The translations under genes were made by a program, and so were the position numbers. This document shows positions 26,501-35,772 of a stretch of 64,000 nucleotides of DNA, piece after piece (positions within the stretch are counted from its first letter, which is position 1; each line of letters starts with the position of its first letter). This DNA is from Callorhinchus milii. Lineage: Eukaryota. The notes under the pieces are model-generated. The model was not told the DNA's origin. It saw only the letters and a list, made by a program, of their open reading frames with translations, and ran no database searches. Where the stretch lies: contig NW_024704742.1 of NCBI RefSeq assembly GCF_018977255.1, positions 115,198,001-115,262,000 on the forward strand, in the 5' to 3' direction.

Positions 26501-29500
26501 ATGAATTCCATTTCCAGATATTCCTAATTCTTTTTAAGAACTGTATGAAGCCTAAATTTATAAAATTTCTAAAATTCCGCATGATCTTAAGGCTAAGGCA
26601 CTAAAGAATTTTGGCCCTTGGATTGGTTGCAGGATGAATATTTTCAATCAAACAACTTTCAAGCAACATGTTTCTGGACCCTTTGTTGTTGATATTACTC
26701 TGGAGTCCGCTTTAGCCGGATGCATCAGGGTTAACCGGTGTCCGGCTAAAATGGATTCCACTGTATCTAATAGTGAGAAGGTGTGACCGTCAAGAGTAAC
26801 TTGCCATTCATTTTAGCCTTCTCTGTTGATTAGCTTCCTGATTGAAAATAAACATTCATCCTTTTGTGTATTGTTGGCATGAGGTTGTTTCCTATATAAT
26901 AGGAACCTATATTGCAACAGATGTTTGAAAGATGTTTAAAATTCTGTCTTTTTGTAGCTGATGAAATGGAAATGAAGAGCAGTGACTCCCTGCAGATTCG
27001 CCTCTTGGGAGGGGAAGGTGATGAGCAAGATAAAACCAGGGAACAGTCTCGAGCTGATCAACCAGCAGATGAGACATTGTTGATAACTGAGAAAATGTAC
27101 AAATACATGGAGGATAAAAAGCAAATGATCCAAAGCGAGCCTTTAAGTGAAAGGTGAGGATGAAATATCAATAGATGTTGAGAACAAGAAAAAACAAATG
27201 CAAGTTATCTTGTTTTGCTTCCAGGGAACAATAGCACAAATATAAGCAGTAGATAAGTGGAATATGCGACATTTCATTTCAAACATTGCATGTTGTTTTG
27301 CTTCATTGTTCTTGCTATTATAAAGCGAAGTAAAATTCTCTTCAGGACATCTCCCGGACACGATCTGCTACTTCCAGTTGATCAAAACCAAGAGACAGGA
27401 GAGAGAATTTCCTCAGACTCATGGTGTCAGCAACCCACAGTCGACCTCTGTCAAACCTCCGATACAAGGTTGTCTTCAGAAGTTGCAGAGACAAGTGTAG
27501 AGGTTTCAAGCTTGGGTTACGATCAGAAGGTAAGCAGCGCTAAGGAAGATTAAATCTTTTATCGTTTTGGAAAATAACCTTGGTACTCCATTCTAGTAAT
27601 ATCTTTGTTCACTTTCACACTGTAATTGTGAATTGCCTTGTGCAAATCGTATTGTATTGCTAAAAAAGTCTTTTTTTCCAACAATAAAAAATCCCCCCAC
27701 CCCATGTCTGCATGGAGGAAACTAGAATTCCCCCAAACTTCTATAAGAGTTAATGCAACATTGGACAGGGTAGAGATGTAGATCATCCAAATAAAAATTG
27801 AAGTCCTGTAACTACTTAATGAAGTTACAGATTTTTTTAAAGTGCATCCACTTCCCAAACAGATGGGGTTTGCGATGTGACCCGACCAGTATTTCTGTAG
27901 CCCAAACAAAATATTGTTAAACATAAACAAAAGAAACAAAATATGTGGAGAGGCTAATCAGTGTTTTAAAGCCCTTCATCCTTTCCTGGCTACACATTTG
28001 CCACATTTTTTCTGTTTTGGTTTCATATTTCCAGCATTCTCATAGGCAAAGAAACATCAATGTTCACTTCATGTTAAATAGAAACTTCACTTTGGGATTT
28101 TCTTACCTTGGTATTGATCCTGCAGTGACTCCCAAAGTATCTACCACATAGCAATTGGTTGGGTTGTGAGGTCACACTGCAAAACGCATTTTATTCTCCA
28201 TCGTTGGCACCATTTGTCATAAAAGCTACAGATGAAGATAGTTTAATATATATCTTGAACGTGGATTGGTTTTAACTATTGCAGATTGACGTCATGGAAG
28301 CTAAAGATATGGAACACCAAGGAATGAACACTTTTGAGGGAGATTCTGGTAATTGTCCTGAAAGTTTTGAAACTACTTTATACATTTTTTTGTTTAAACT
28401 GTTTAATTTATACTTTCAAGCTGGAAAGCGTTGATAGTTGGGAATAAATTAAAAGTTTCTAATTCTGTTGAGAAATCAAGGTAATGTCATAAGCAAGTCT
28501 CTAGTTTGTGAATGAGACCTGAAGTGACCAAATTATTATTATTTTGTTTTTGAATATATACTGTATGTGCCCTTTTTGAGAGAGGTCACTACAGTGATCT
28601 TTGACTGAATTTAATCCCTGTATCCAGAGGCCATAAGGCCTATTGTAATGTCCCTGCTACCACAGCACAGGTAAGCTAACAGCACAGTCCTAGGAACCGT
28701 CCTAGACTAGGATATGGCATGGTGCATTTCTTTCTTGTTTGTGTTTTTTTTCTCTCAAACTATTATTGTGGTTTCCTTGCATGGATATTTTGGACCAGTA
28801 GTTTTGTTAAAAGCATCTTGAAAGGACATTTTATTGTTTTAATTGATAGTTTATTTTAAGCTTTAATTTCATTATATTGTTTTTAAATAACTCAGGGTGA
28901 TAAAAAAATTAAGTATTTATTTCTCTCTGAGTAGGAATGGATAGATTGACAATGCTTTTGCATTTACCTTATTCACTAATTAATCAGTCTTGAGTTTCCT
29001 CTTTAGAAAGAATTCCAAGTTTGATAAGCTAAACATTTAAAGTCTTTGTGATTGTGGTTGCATTTCTTTCAGAGAATCTTATGGCGATTGGGAGTTCAAA
29101 GGAGGAGACATTTATATTAACCTTAGTTGAGATCCCGACATCCAGTTTAAATGAGTACGATCCATCTTCCACCTCCTTTATGCCATTACCGGAAGCTCCC
29201 CTGGCAGTAGTTGAACCAGTTATATCCCTACCGATGGAAAATATAGAAGATGCAGAAGCAGTGAGGTAAGGCTTTAATATTTGGGATGTTGAAGCTACTT
29301 AGAATCTATCTTAAACTTTCAGTAGTTGGCGGTTGATGGAATAAGTTTAGATGAGTTAATGTTCCGACACTTTGAAAGTCCATATTTTATCCAAAGAGCG
29401 ATCTTTTAACCTATCATTTGTCCATCTGGTTCCTTTCCTAAAGAGCTGACTCGGTCGGGTACGGATTCACAGTACGTACCTGCTCTCCGATACCTTGCCC

Positions 29501-32500
29501 TAATGATCATTCTTAAAGTGTGAGCTCAGTGAGTGAGTGTCAACAGGCTAGGATTCTGTAGGGTATCAAAGCTTAGCCTGTTCTCACTTGACATGTACAC
29601 GTTTGCACTTTCTAACAAGATTACTAGATAACAATCAGGAGTGGCAACCTTGGCTGATTTGCCAAGCCCAATTGTGGTTTCCTGACTGCTGCTTTGGCTA
29701 GCAACAGCCAATACAGCACAGATGGGAAATCAAACCTCTTGCTAACCTGTGCCTAAAGAAATTAAAGAACAGCAAGGAGTGTGTGTTTCTGGGAGAGACC
29801 ATATTTATGTGGAATTCTCAGTAGTTTGGTTTGGAGATTCTTAAACATGGTGATGGATTTCTACTTATGTCATAAATCTTGATTAACCAAAAATATGAGC
29901 TGTCTGAAGCTGGGATTAAGGTACGTTGTGGGTCAGAGTGTTCGAGCTTTACTGTGTTGTGTACTAATACTGCTTGACTGGGCAATGCTTCAAGCTGGCT
30001 CTTTTAATAAGAGCAGGAAAGATCCTATTCCCCAGCGCTGACATTATTTACTGTGAAACGTTAACAAAAATCTAGCTTTCAGAAAATGAGATCTTGCTAC
30101 AATTACTGTTTCCATTCTTGCAGTACTGAGCCCTTGGTAGAAGCTCCTGATATAGTCACTGTAGCTGATAGAACACCACTGATAAAAGCTTCACCACAGA
30201 GACGCTGCTTAAATAAGCCAAAACCTAATCTACATCAAATGGGGAGAAAAAGGAATGCTCCTAGTGTGAAGAACTGTCGAGATGCTCCTCCTGATAAAAA
30301 CAGTACAACAGTTGCACCAAATACTGAGAGATGTGAAGAAATCGCTCCACAAGTTGAAGAAGCTTCTCAGTCCAGCTTAACTATCAGCACTTCACCTGAG
30401 GTAAGGCTGCAATACTGAAATGTTATGTTAATAGCTTGTAAGGTGGATTTCCTCTGCATTATGGTATGTTCATTGGCTTATACCAAGGTTGCTGATGTTA
30501 AACATTAAAGGAGAAAAGCCCAAATTATCTAACCTACAGTATCTGTTCTGGGGCTACTATTAGGTACGAAGAGAAAAAATATTGTTCTCCAGTATCATAG
30601 ACTTGATTTTATTCTAAGAAACTGCTAAATGGTACAAAGCACGTCTGTTGGGTATATTAAGTTGCATCTGAAGAGCTCTAGGATTAAGTGTTGTAATTCT
30701 GCTGTTTGTCTGTTTTGCAGAAATGTCCAGTGATTTTCACAACAAATATGTCTGGTAATTATGGTAAGTGTGATTTTCAAATATAGCTATAGCATGATTG
30801 TGACTGTTGGGTCTTTTTCAGTGTACAATGACAACAACTTATATTTATATAACACCATACACAGAAAATAAATATCTTAAAAGCACTTCACAGAATTAGA
30901 TTAGTTAGAAATTAATTAGAAAATGCATTCAGATGAACTAGTAGTTGGTAGTTTTGTGAACTTTGCTCAGACATTTGTATTGGGCATGTGAAATTGTTTG
31001 CTTTTTTTTAATAGTTCTACTTCCTAGGATCACTTGTGGAGTCCTGTAGCTCAGTGGTTATAGCACTCTCTTTTGCAAGCGAGAGACCTGGGTTCGATTC
31101 CCGGCAGGGTGAAACCTTGGGCAAGTTTCCTTACTCCACATGTCTGATAATAATTCCTCAAGAAAAAAAATAATAAATCGGTCATTTTCAATCCATGACT
31201 GTCTGTGGGACACTGTTGTGCACAATTGGCTGCCGCATTTCGCCCACAAATATATACAGTCAATTCACTTTGCAGTTTATTCTGTGAAGCGCTTTGAGAC
31301 GTCTAGAGGATGTGAAAAGCGCTATATCGAATGCAAGGATTATTATTTAAGATAGTTTTGCAGTAATGTTTCTGGTCATGGCAATGAAAAGCATTCTAAT
31401 GTAAATATCGAAAAGCATTTTATGAACTATTCTTTGTTTTAGTTTCAGGCTATTAATTTTGCAAATCTGGCAGCGATTACCAGTTGAAAAATTTGTCTGG
31501 GCTCATATTTAACCTGAGGATACAAAGGATGGGATTTAGTTGTGCTGGCAGCACCGCTTTCTTCCAACTCCGCCACATTGCCCGTCTCTGCACATTACCT
31601 GAAACTCTTATCCATGTCTTTGTCATCTTTCGGCTGGACTACACTAACGCCCTCCTCACCGATCTCCCTTCCTCCACTATTCACAAAATCCAGCTCATTC
31701 AAAACTTCGCCTTCTCATCCGCACCAAACTCTGCACCCCAATTACTCCAGTCCTTGCCAAACTCCACTGGCTCCCTGTCACAGAGTGGATCGGATTCAAG
31801 ATCTTCACTCTAGTGTTTAAATCCTCCCATTCCTTGGCACCCCCCCACCTCTCTAACCTCTCTCCCCACAGCAGTCTCTGCTGCCTCTGCTCTACTGGGT
31901 CCAGCCTCCGCGTCCCCCGAATCCTCCGCTCCACCATCGGTGGCCGTGCCTTCAACCACTACACCCTGAAACTTTTGAACTTTCTTCCTCAACCCCTTCG
32001 CTTCACCCACTCCTTCCCCATCTTCAGGTCGTGCCTGAAGACCTTCCTTTTCGACTGCGCCAACTGGCATCCTTCCCTCTCACTCCGGCTCAGCCTTGGG
32101 CTCCACCATTGTTAAGCGCTCGGAGACGCCGCGTGGCATGGAGTCCGCCATATAAGTGCAAGTTGTTGTTTTGTTGTTGACAGATGAAATATGGGATGTG
32201 GTTATTGTATGTGTAAAACTGAATTTCAAAGATAAGTTTAGTCAGTGATGGAAAAAATATATTATATATATATTAGAGAAAGAAAAAGTGAACATTTCAA
32301 GGCAGAGAGAGAGAGAGAGAGAGAGAGAAAAGAGCTGGCAAAGTACGGTGATATAGAATCCATATAAAAACTGATACTAATGGAAGAAGTTTTTTTNGGT
32401 GAGCACCATTCAAGCACTGTGTAATTTGTATGATATACAATTATCCTCACTATTTACTTACCTACAATTCGGTCACTTCCAGTTAGTGCGAATAACTGTA

Positions 32501-35500
32501 TTTTGAAAGTGATGTCATTTGTTCCCCAAAGATGTTGCTCCATCAGAACCCAATGAGACTTGCAGTTCTGCTCTGTTGAATAATGTAGACCCTCTACCTG
32601 TTGAAAATGTCACTGACCCTTGCTCGGAACTTGCTGATGAACCAAAAAAACTTGCATCGAGGATAAGAAGAAGTAAGTAGCTAATTTCAAAGTGAATTTG
32701 TTTTGCGCTGTGCACTTCACGCAGGAATGGGTTACTATAATTGGTTTATTATACACAGAAGATAATGCCTGGTTCAGACTCATCTTCATCCAGCTAATTT
32801 CCCAGGTAGTGAGTAGTAACCAAATCAAAGTGTGTGACCATCTATTTTTATTATCTGTGCACGATTTAGATTTTCTAAGCAAATGCTTTTCTGTCTTAAA
32901 AGGGATGAAAAATCTTTTTTTTTTTTGAAAAAAGCTTATCCTTAGAACTGTTCTATTAATTGAGTACAAAAATTAAAATAATCTACTTGGCAATTCAGTG
33001 GACTCTGTGGCAACCACTTTGGGCAGTCATCAAATTAAGCAGATACACTGGGGAGAATGGAAGCCATGGAGGATATCTGCTTATCAGTGTCAGTGGGATT
33101 ATGAACAAGAGTAGGCCATTCATCCCCTTGAGCCTGTTTTGCCATTCTATTAGATTATGGCTGATCTGTACCTCAACTCCATTTATGCGCCTTTGCTTCA
33201 TATCCTTTGATATTCTTACCTAACTATCAGTGTGTTGATTGTCAATCTTGTTTTGGATGTCTGAGCCATATGTTATGATACACTTAGGCTACAAAACCCA
33301 AAGTGCACTAGTCTGCTCCATTCATAACTGACTGGTTTCTGTTAATCTTCAGATTACATCAGTCATCTGATTTTTCTCAAATTTACTATTTGTAGGTATT
33401 GCTAAACAATTAAGTGCCAGTTTAGGTTAGGCAGAAAGATTACTTGTATATTTAAGAATACTTTTGGTTTATTATTTATTATCTGGTGTATCTCTATTTT
33501 CTAGGTAAACTTTCAGTAAAACCTAATTTTTCAGCAAAAAGAACTGCAGCTACATGTGAGCCCAAGCTACCAGCTGGAAATAAACCAACTCAAAAACTTT
33601 CAAAATCATCAGGAAACGCATCTCGCCCTCAGGCCTCTCAAGTAATGTTGGAAACTGAACCAATTTGCAATTCTGCAACTGATGTGAACTCAGAACAAGA
33701 GCCAGAATCATTGTGCCATCTTCAAGTGCCAACTGATATACAAGAGACAGCAGCTACCACTGAAACAGTTGACACCGCTTCAGAGAGGTTGGCAGAAGAT
33801 GTAGCAGAACCATCTGAAATAAACGCACCAAATACAGCTTCCTCTTCCAGGGCACCATTAACCAGGTAAAGAGGTCAATGGTAAAATATGATTTACTTGA
33901 TGATTTACTACAACAACAAGATTACATTTGTGTAGCGCCTTTCACGTAGGGAGGGCGACCCCAAGGCGCTGGACAGTGTACAGCATTTCAGACCCGATCT
34001 GGGGTCGGAGGTGAAGGGAGGGAAGGGGAAGGGGGGGGTTGACCGATGGCATGGTTGAAAAGGAGGGTTTTGAGGTGGGACTTGAAGGAGGCTAAGGAGG
34101 GGGCGAGGCGGAGTGATTGGGAGATGGAATTCCAGAGGTTGGGGGCAGAGTGGCTGAAGGCTCTCCTGCCAGTGGTGGGGCGGGTGGGTCGGGGGATGTG
34201 GAACAGGCCAGAGCCGGCTGAGTGGAGGGAGTGCGTGGGTTGGTAGGGGGTTAGGAGGTCACAGAGGTAGGGTGGGGCAAGGCCATGGACTTCGTAGGTG
34301 AGGACCAGGATCTAGATCTGGTGAAGTGAATGTATAGGTCAGTCTCTGCCCTGCTTGCAAGATTAAAGTACAGCCTTTAACCCAGCACATCAAAAAAATC
34401 ACCCAACACATTTCAAACTTACCACATTTCAATTTTTTCTAAAATTTGAGTTTTACTGTAAGTTTTTTTTTAAATTTGAAGAGTTACAAGGAAATTTCTG
34501 TTTTTTTTTACACGTTTCTTTTTAACCAATGATTACTGATATGGGAGCATGTGATGCTACATGATGCCATGTGCCATTGTGGGTCACATGCCTGTGTTAA
34601 GTAATAATAATCTTTGCATTTGATATAGCGCCTTATCACGTGCTTGAGACGACTCAAAAGCGCTTCACAGGATATATTGTAAAGTGGAGTGACTGTGTAT
34701 TTTGTGGGCGAAACGCAATAGCCAAATGCGCACAGCAGTGTCCCTCAAACATTTGTGGATTGAGTGATCAAATTGAAAAAAAATTGGGGGGGGATTATTT
34801 TGGGAGGGATTATTAAAGCGATCTGGCAATTGACTAACAACCAGGGTCCTAATTACTGCCAGGTAATAGAACCGTGTGGAGTAAGTAAACTTGCATAAGG
34901 TTTAACTTGATTAATTCATACTAATTTGCAACTGGAGGGCAATTTTTTTAAGTCATTCAAATATTCCATTAGAACAGAAAGTGTTCAACAGAAAGTGTTC
35001 AGAACTGGAAAGAAGATTGGTTTTGATTAGATATACCACCCCCCTCCCACACGCACATTGTCGAAATACAAGCTACATTTTATTGTCTTCCTTATTAGTG
35101 CTGACAGATTTTTGTGTTGGTTTATTTTTTTTGCTACATGGCTGCACCAAACTCCTGCCCTTCCAAAGCTGCAGTTAAAACATTCTGGGTGCTGTATTGG
35201 CAAGTAAGTTTAAGCAAGTAAGGTGTGATTCTGTTGTTTTTTAATAGGCCGGGACGTAAACCGCGAGGATTTTTATCTTTTATATCTAAGAAGTCCAGTG
35301 AAAGTGAAACAAAACCCAAAAGGACTAAATTTCAGAAGCCTCGTATGAATGTTCCACGTATTGCTGGAAAGAGATCAGCACCATCGCCTGAAGATACTGC
35401 AGAAACAGAAGCGAGTCTTTCTCTTACTGCAAAGAGGAAATCACTTGAGAGCCAAAGTGCAAGCCTTCCTGACACCAGTGGTGCACCTTCTGAAGTACGT

Positions 35501-35772
35501 AATTTGTTATTTAAGGGGGTTTGTGAACATTAAAGACATGAAGCAACAAGTATTTTAGACTATCTTTAATTCGGTCACTGTTATGAGTGTTGCTCATGTT
35601 TATAAATGTCTCATTGCAGGTAGCACATCATTCCTCGGTGCAGTGTTGGCAGTCAGAGTCGTACAAAGAAGAGGCCTTCTGTGCAGGTCAGCAGGATACT
35701 GAAGAGGCACCAACCAGGGTTGCAGAATATTTTTTTAGCGATATCTTCACCGAGGTAGAGGACCTAGAGTGA
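2272..35772 (+). CDS. BDP1: Transcription factor TFIIIB component B'' (BDP1), complete spliced CDS, 30 coding exons, ~2147 aa
   Basis: N-terminus [13 protein letters not shown]; conserved blocks [43 protein letters not shown]/Myb [68 protein letters not shown] and C-terminal [15 protein letters not shown]. The hand-assembled exons sum to 6444 nt with every phase compatible. Exons in the poorly conserved middle are less certain. Confidence 0.95.
2690..3000 (+). mobile_element. Degenerate CR1 LINE 3' end
   Basis: agagggcataaa...agagggtgatgaaagtgtggaactcactg (RVxxxWNSL-type CR1 ORF2 end). Confidence 0.6.
3401..3977 (+). CDS. BDP1: BDP1 coding exon 2
   Basis: tttgtcag| ... [16 protein letters not shown] ... 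[15 protein letters not shown]|gtaaac. Confidence 0.9.
4085..4460 (-). mobile_element. Old Deu-family SINE remnant with an internal 19-bp tandem duplication (4304-4341)
   Basis: cccacaaatagc, ttaacatctcatctgaaagac and a degraded tRNA head at the right end. Confidence 0.6.
4575..5250 (-). mobile_element. L2 LINE 3' fragments (two tails in tandem)
   Basis: ORF remnants [37 protein letters not shown]; (AAC)n tails. Confidence 0.85.
5375..5484 (+). CDS. BDP1: BDP1 coding exon 3
   Basis: ttgcag| ... [22 protein letters not shown] |gtaagt. Confidence 0.93.
5585..5671 (+). CDS. BDP1: BDP1 coding exon 4
   Basis: aacag|g [12 protein letters not shown] ... ga|gtgagt; phase 2-2. Confidence 0.85.
5783..6082 (-). 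mobile_element. tRNA-SINE long subtype, head truncated
   Basis: Reverse-complement tail, Deu core and gtggagtaaggaaacttgcc. Confidence 0.8.
6610..6729 (+). CDS. BDP1: BDP1 coding exon 5
   Basis: tatag| ... [17 protein letters not shown] ag|gtaagc. Confidence 0.92.
7588..7721 (+). CDS. BDP1: BDP1 coding exon 6 (GC donor)
   Basis: aaacag| [11 protein letters not shown]...[27 protein letters not shown] g|GCAAGT. Confidence 0.92.
8319..8413 (+). CDS. BDP1: BDP1 coding exon 7 (SANT domain)
   Basis: ttctgcag| [32 protein letters not shown] |gtaacc. Confidence 0.95.
8525..9215 (-). mobile_element. CR1 LINE 3' fragment
   Basis: [32 protein letters not shown]...[12 protein letters not shown]1-type 3' terminus. 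Confidence 0.9.
10271..10325 (+). CDS. BDP1: BDP1 coding exon 8 (SANT domain)
   Basis: ttctgcag| [18 protein letters not shown] a|gtgagt. Confidence 0.95.
10607..10641. repeat. (CCCT)n microsatellite upstream of the BDP1 exon 9 acceptor
   Basis: Read directly. Confidence 0.9.
10670..10813 (+). CDS. BDP1: BDP1 coding exon 9
   Basis: atgcag| [21 protein letters not shown] ... g|gtatga. Confidence 0.9.
10830..11215 (-). mobile_element. Old Deu-family SINE remnant
   Basis: cagccaatttgtgctcagcaattcccacaaatag ... gaacttgcaaccttctgatt...ccaactgagcca. Confidence 0.65.
11417..11731 (+). CDS. BDP1: BDP1 coding exon 10 (acidic/basic low complexity)
   Basis: atttag| ... g|gtaaga; open frame, phase 1-1. 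Confidence 0.8.
11975..12652 (+). mobile_element. L2 LINE 3' fragment
   Basis: ARNLGIRFN...[20 protein letters not shown]. Confidence 0.88.
12653..12963 (+). mobile_element. tRNA-SINE short subtype inserted at the end of the L2 fragment
   Basis: Full head, Deu core and tail. Confidence 0.88.
13403..13586 (+). CDS. BDP1: BDP1 coding exon 11
   Basis: ttgcacag| IQNASDLSS ... ag|gtaatg; phase 1-2 fits neighbours. Confidence 0.75.
14458..14734 (+). CDS. BDP1: BDP1 coding exon 12
   Basis: gtttcag| ... [10 protein letters not shown] ... aag|gtaggg; phase 2-0. Confidence 0.78.
14741..14764. repeat. (GT)12 microsatellite just downstream of the BDP1 exon 12 donor
   Basis: Read directly. Confidence 0.9.
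15443..15546 (+). CDS. BDP1: BDP1 coding exon 13
   Basis: cacacag| [13 protein letters not shown] ... ag|gtaaca; phase 0-2. Confidence 0.72.
15957..16194 (+). CDS. BDP1: BDP1 coding exon 14
   Basis: ttttag| ... [18 protein letters not shown] ... gtg|gtaaga. Confidence 0.82.
16855..17075 (+). CDS. BDP1: BDP1 coding exon 15
   Basis: tttccag| ... [10 protein letters not shown] ag|gtacaa; phase 0-2. Confidence 0.8.
17629..18022 (+). CDS. BDP1: BDP1 coding exon 16
   Basis: gtatag| SGRQPK ... [15 protein letters not shown] ... [20 protein letters not shown] ... EE|gtacaa (conserved BDP1 block). Confidence 0.88.
19880..20622 (+). mobile_element. Headless SINE (19880-20090) followed by a degraded L2 fragment
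   Basis: SINE body and tail motifs; [13 protein letters not shown]2 tail aaatgcaagttgttg. Confidence 0.65.
21217..21375 (+). CDS. BDP1: BDP1 coding exon 17
   Basis: cacacag| LEIAVNVSD ... VNLFV|gtaagt. Confidence 0.82.
21879..21915 (+). CDS. BDP1: BDP1 coding exon 18 (37 nt)
   Basis: tttacag| [12 protein letters not shown] g|gtaaga; strong splice sites, needed for the phase 0 to 1 switch. Confidence 0.72.
21980..22653 (+). mobile_element. tRNA-SINE with an internal templated insertion and two tails
   Basis: Head at 21980, copied tract 22233-22464, second tail 22536-22653. Confidence 0.85.
24316..25162 (+). CDS. BDP1: BDP1 coding exon 19 containing the IAEPG(D/A)xx octapeptide repeat
   Basis: caattag| ... 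ag|gtatgt; 847-nt open frame, phase 1-2 fits neighbours. Confidence 0.75.
24354..24845 (+). repeat. Coding minisatellite, 24-bp unit ATCGCGGAGCCCGGGG(A/C)C(C/G)CTC(G/C)C, 20 full units plus a partial 21st
   Basis: First unit at 24354, last at 24834 (480 bp = 20 x 24). Confidence 0.97.
25754..25965 (+). CDS. BDP1: BDP1 coding exon 20
   Basis: cactttag| ... [14 protein letters not shown] ... g|gtaagc. Confidence 0.82.
26000..26360 (-). mobile_element. Degraded L2 3' fragment
   Basis: aacaacaacttgcattttatagtgccctt; [13 protein letters not shown]. Confidence 0.7.
26696..26765. mobile_element. 70-bp pogo/Tigger-like MITE with TA ends
   Basis: tactctggagtccgctttagccgga versus the reverse complement of tccggctaaaatggattccactgta: 20/25 identical. 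Confidence 0.65.
26958..27153 (+). CDS. BDP1: BDP1 coding exon 21
   Basis: tttgtag| ... ag|gtgagg; phase 1-2. Confidence 0.72.
27346..27529 (+). CDS. BDP1: BDP1 coding exon 22
   Basis: ctcttcag| ... aag|gtaagc; phase 2-0. Confidence 0.72.
28285..28348 (+). CDS. BDP1: BDP1 coding exon 23
   Basis: attgcag| [13 protein letters not shown] ... g|gtaatt; phase 0-1. Confidence 0.68.
29073..29265 (+). CDS. BDP1: BDP1 coding exon 24
   Basis: ctttcag| ... [13 protein letters not shown] ... ag|gtaagg (conserved FILTLVEIP motif). Confidence 0.86.
30124..30400 (+). CDS. BDP1: BDP1 coding exon 25
   Basis: cttgcag| ... [13 protein letters not shown] ... gag|gtaagg. Confidence 0.8.
30721..30763 (+). CDS. 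BDP1: BDP1 coding exon 26 (43 nt)
   Basis: ttttgcag| [14 protein letters not shown] g|gtaagt; strong sites, phase 0-1. Confidence 0.68.
31037..31347 (+). mobile_element. tRNA-SINE short subtype with intact A and B boxes
   Basis: tagctcagtggtta; gggttcgattcccgg; Deu core; tail. Confidence 0.9.
31545..32180 (+). mobile_element. L2 LINE 3' fragment
   Basis: [27 protein letters not shown]...LKTFLFD; (TTG)n tail. Confidence 0.88.
32304..32327. repeat. (AG)n microsatellite
   Basis: Read directly. Confidence 0.9.
32532..32672 (+). CDS. BDP1: BDP1 coding exon 27
   Basis: ccccaaag| ... [10 protein letters not shown] a|gtaagt; phase 1-1. Confidence 0.7.
33505..33865 (+). CDS. BDP1: BDP1 coding exon 28
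   Basis: ttttctag| KLSVKPNF ... RAPLT ag|gtaaag. Confidence 0.82.
33910..34315 (-). mobile_element. L2 LINE 3' fragment
   Basis: caacaacaagattacatttgtgtagcgcctttcacg tail plus purine-rich antisense body. Confidence 0.85.
34602..34903 (-). mobile_element. tRNA-SINE long subtype, head truncated
   Basis: Reverse-complement tail, Deu core and CORE-like segment. Confidence 0.8.
35248..35494 (+). CDS. BDP1: BDP1 coding exon 29
   Basis: ttaatag| [16 protein letters not shown] ... gaa|gtacgt. Confidence 0.86.
35620..35772 (+). CDS. BDP1: BDP1 last coding exon (stop TGA 35770-35772)
   Basis: cattgcag| ... [23 protein letters not shown]. Confidence 0.9.
   Translation, partial: VAHHSSVQCWQSESYKEEAFCAGQQDTEEAPTRVAEYFFSDIFTEVEDLE

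Noticed and set aside
31037..31110. tRNA-Ala gene-like sequences here and at 1460, 12653, 21980, 46291 and 51694
   Set aside because: No proper acceptor stem or oligo-T terminator; each continues into a SINE body and tail
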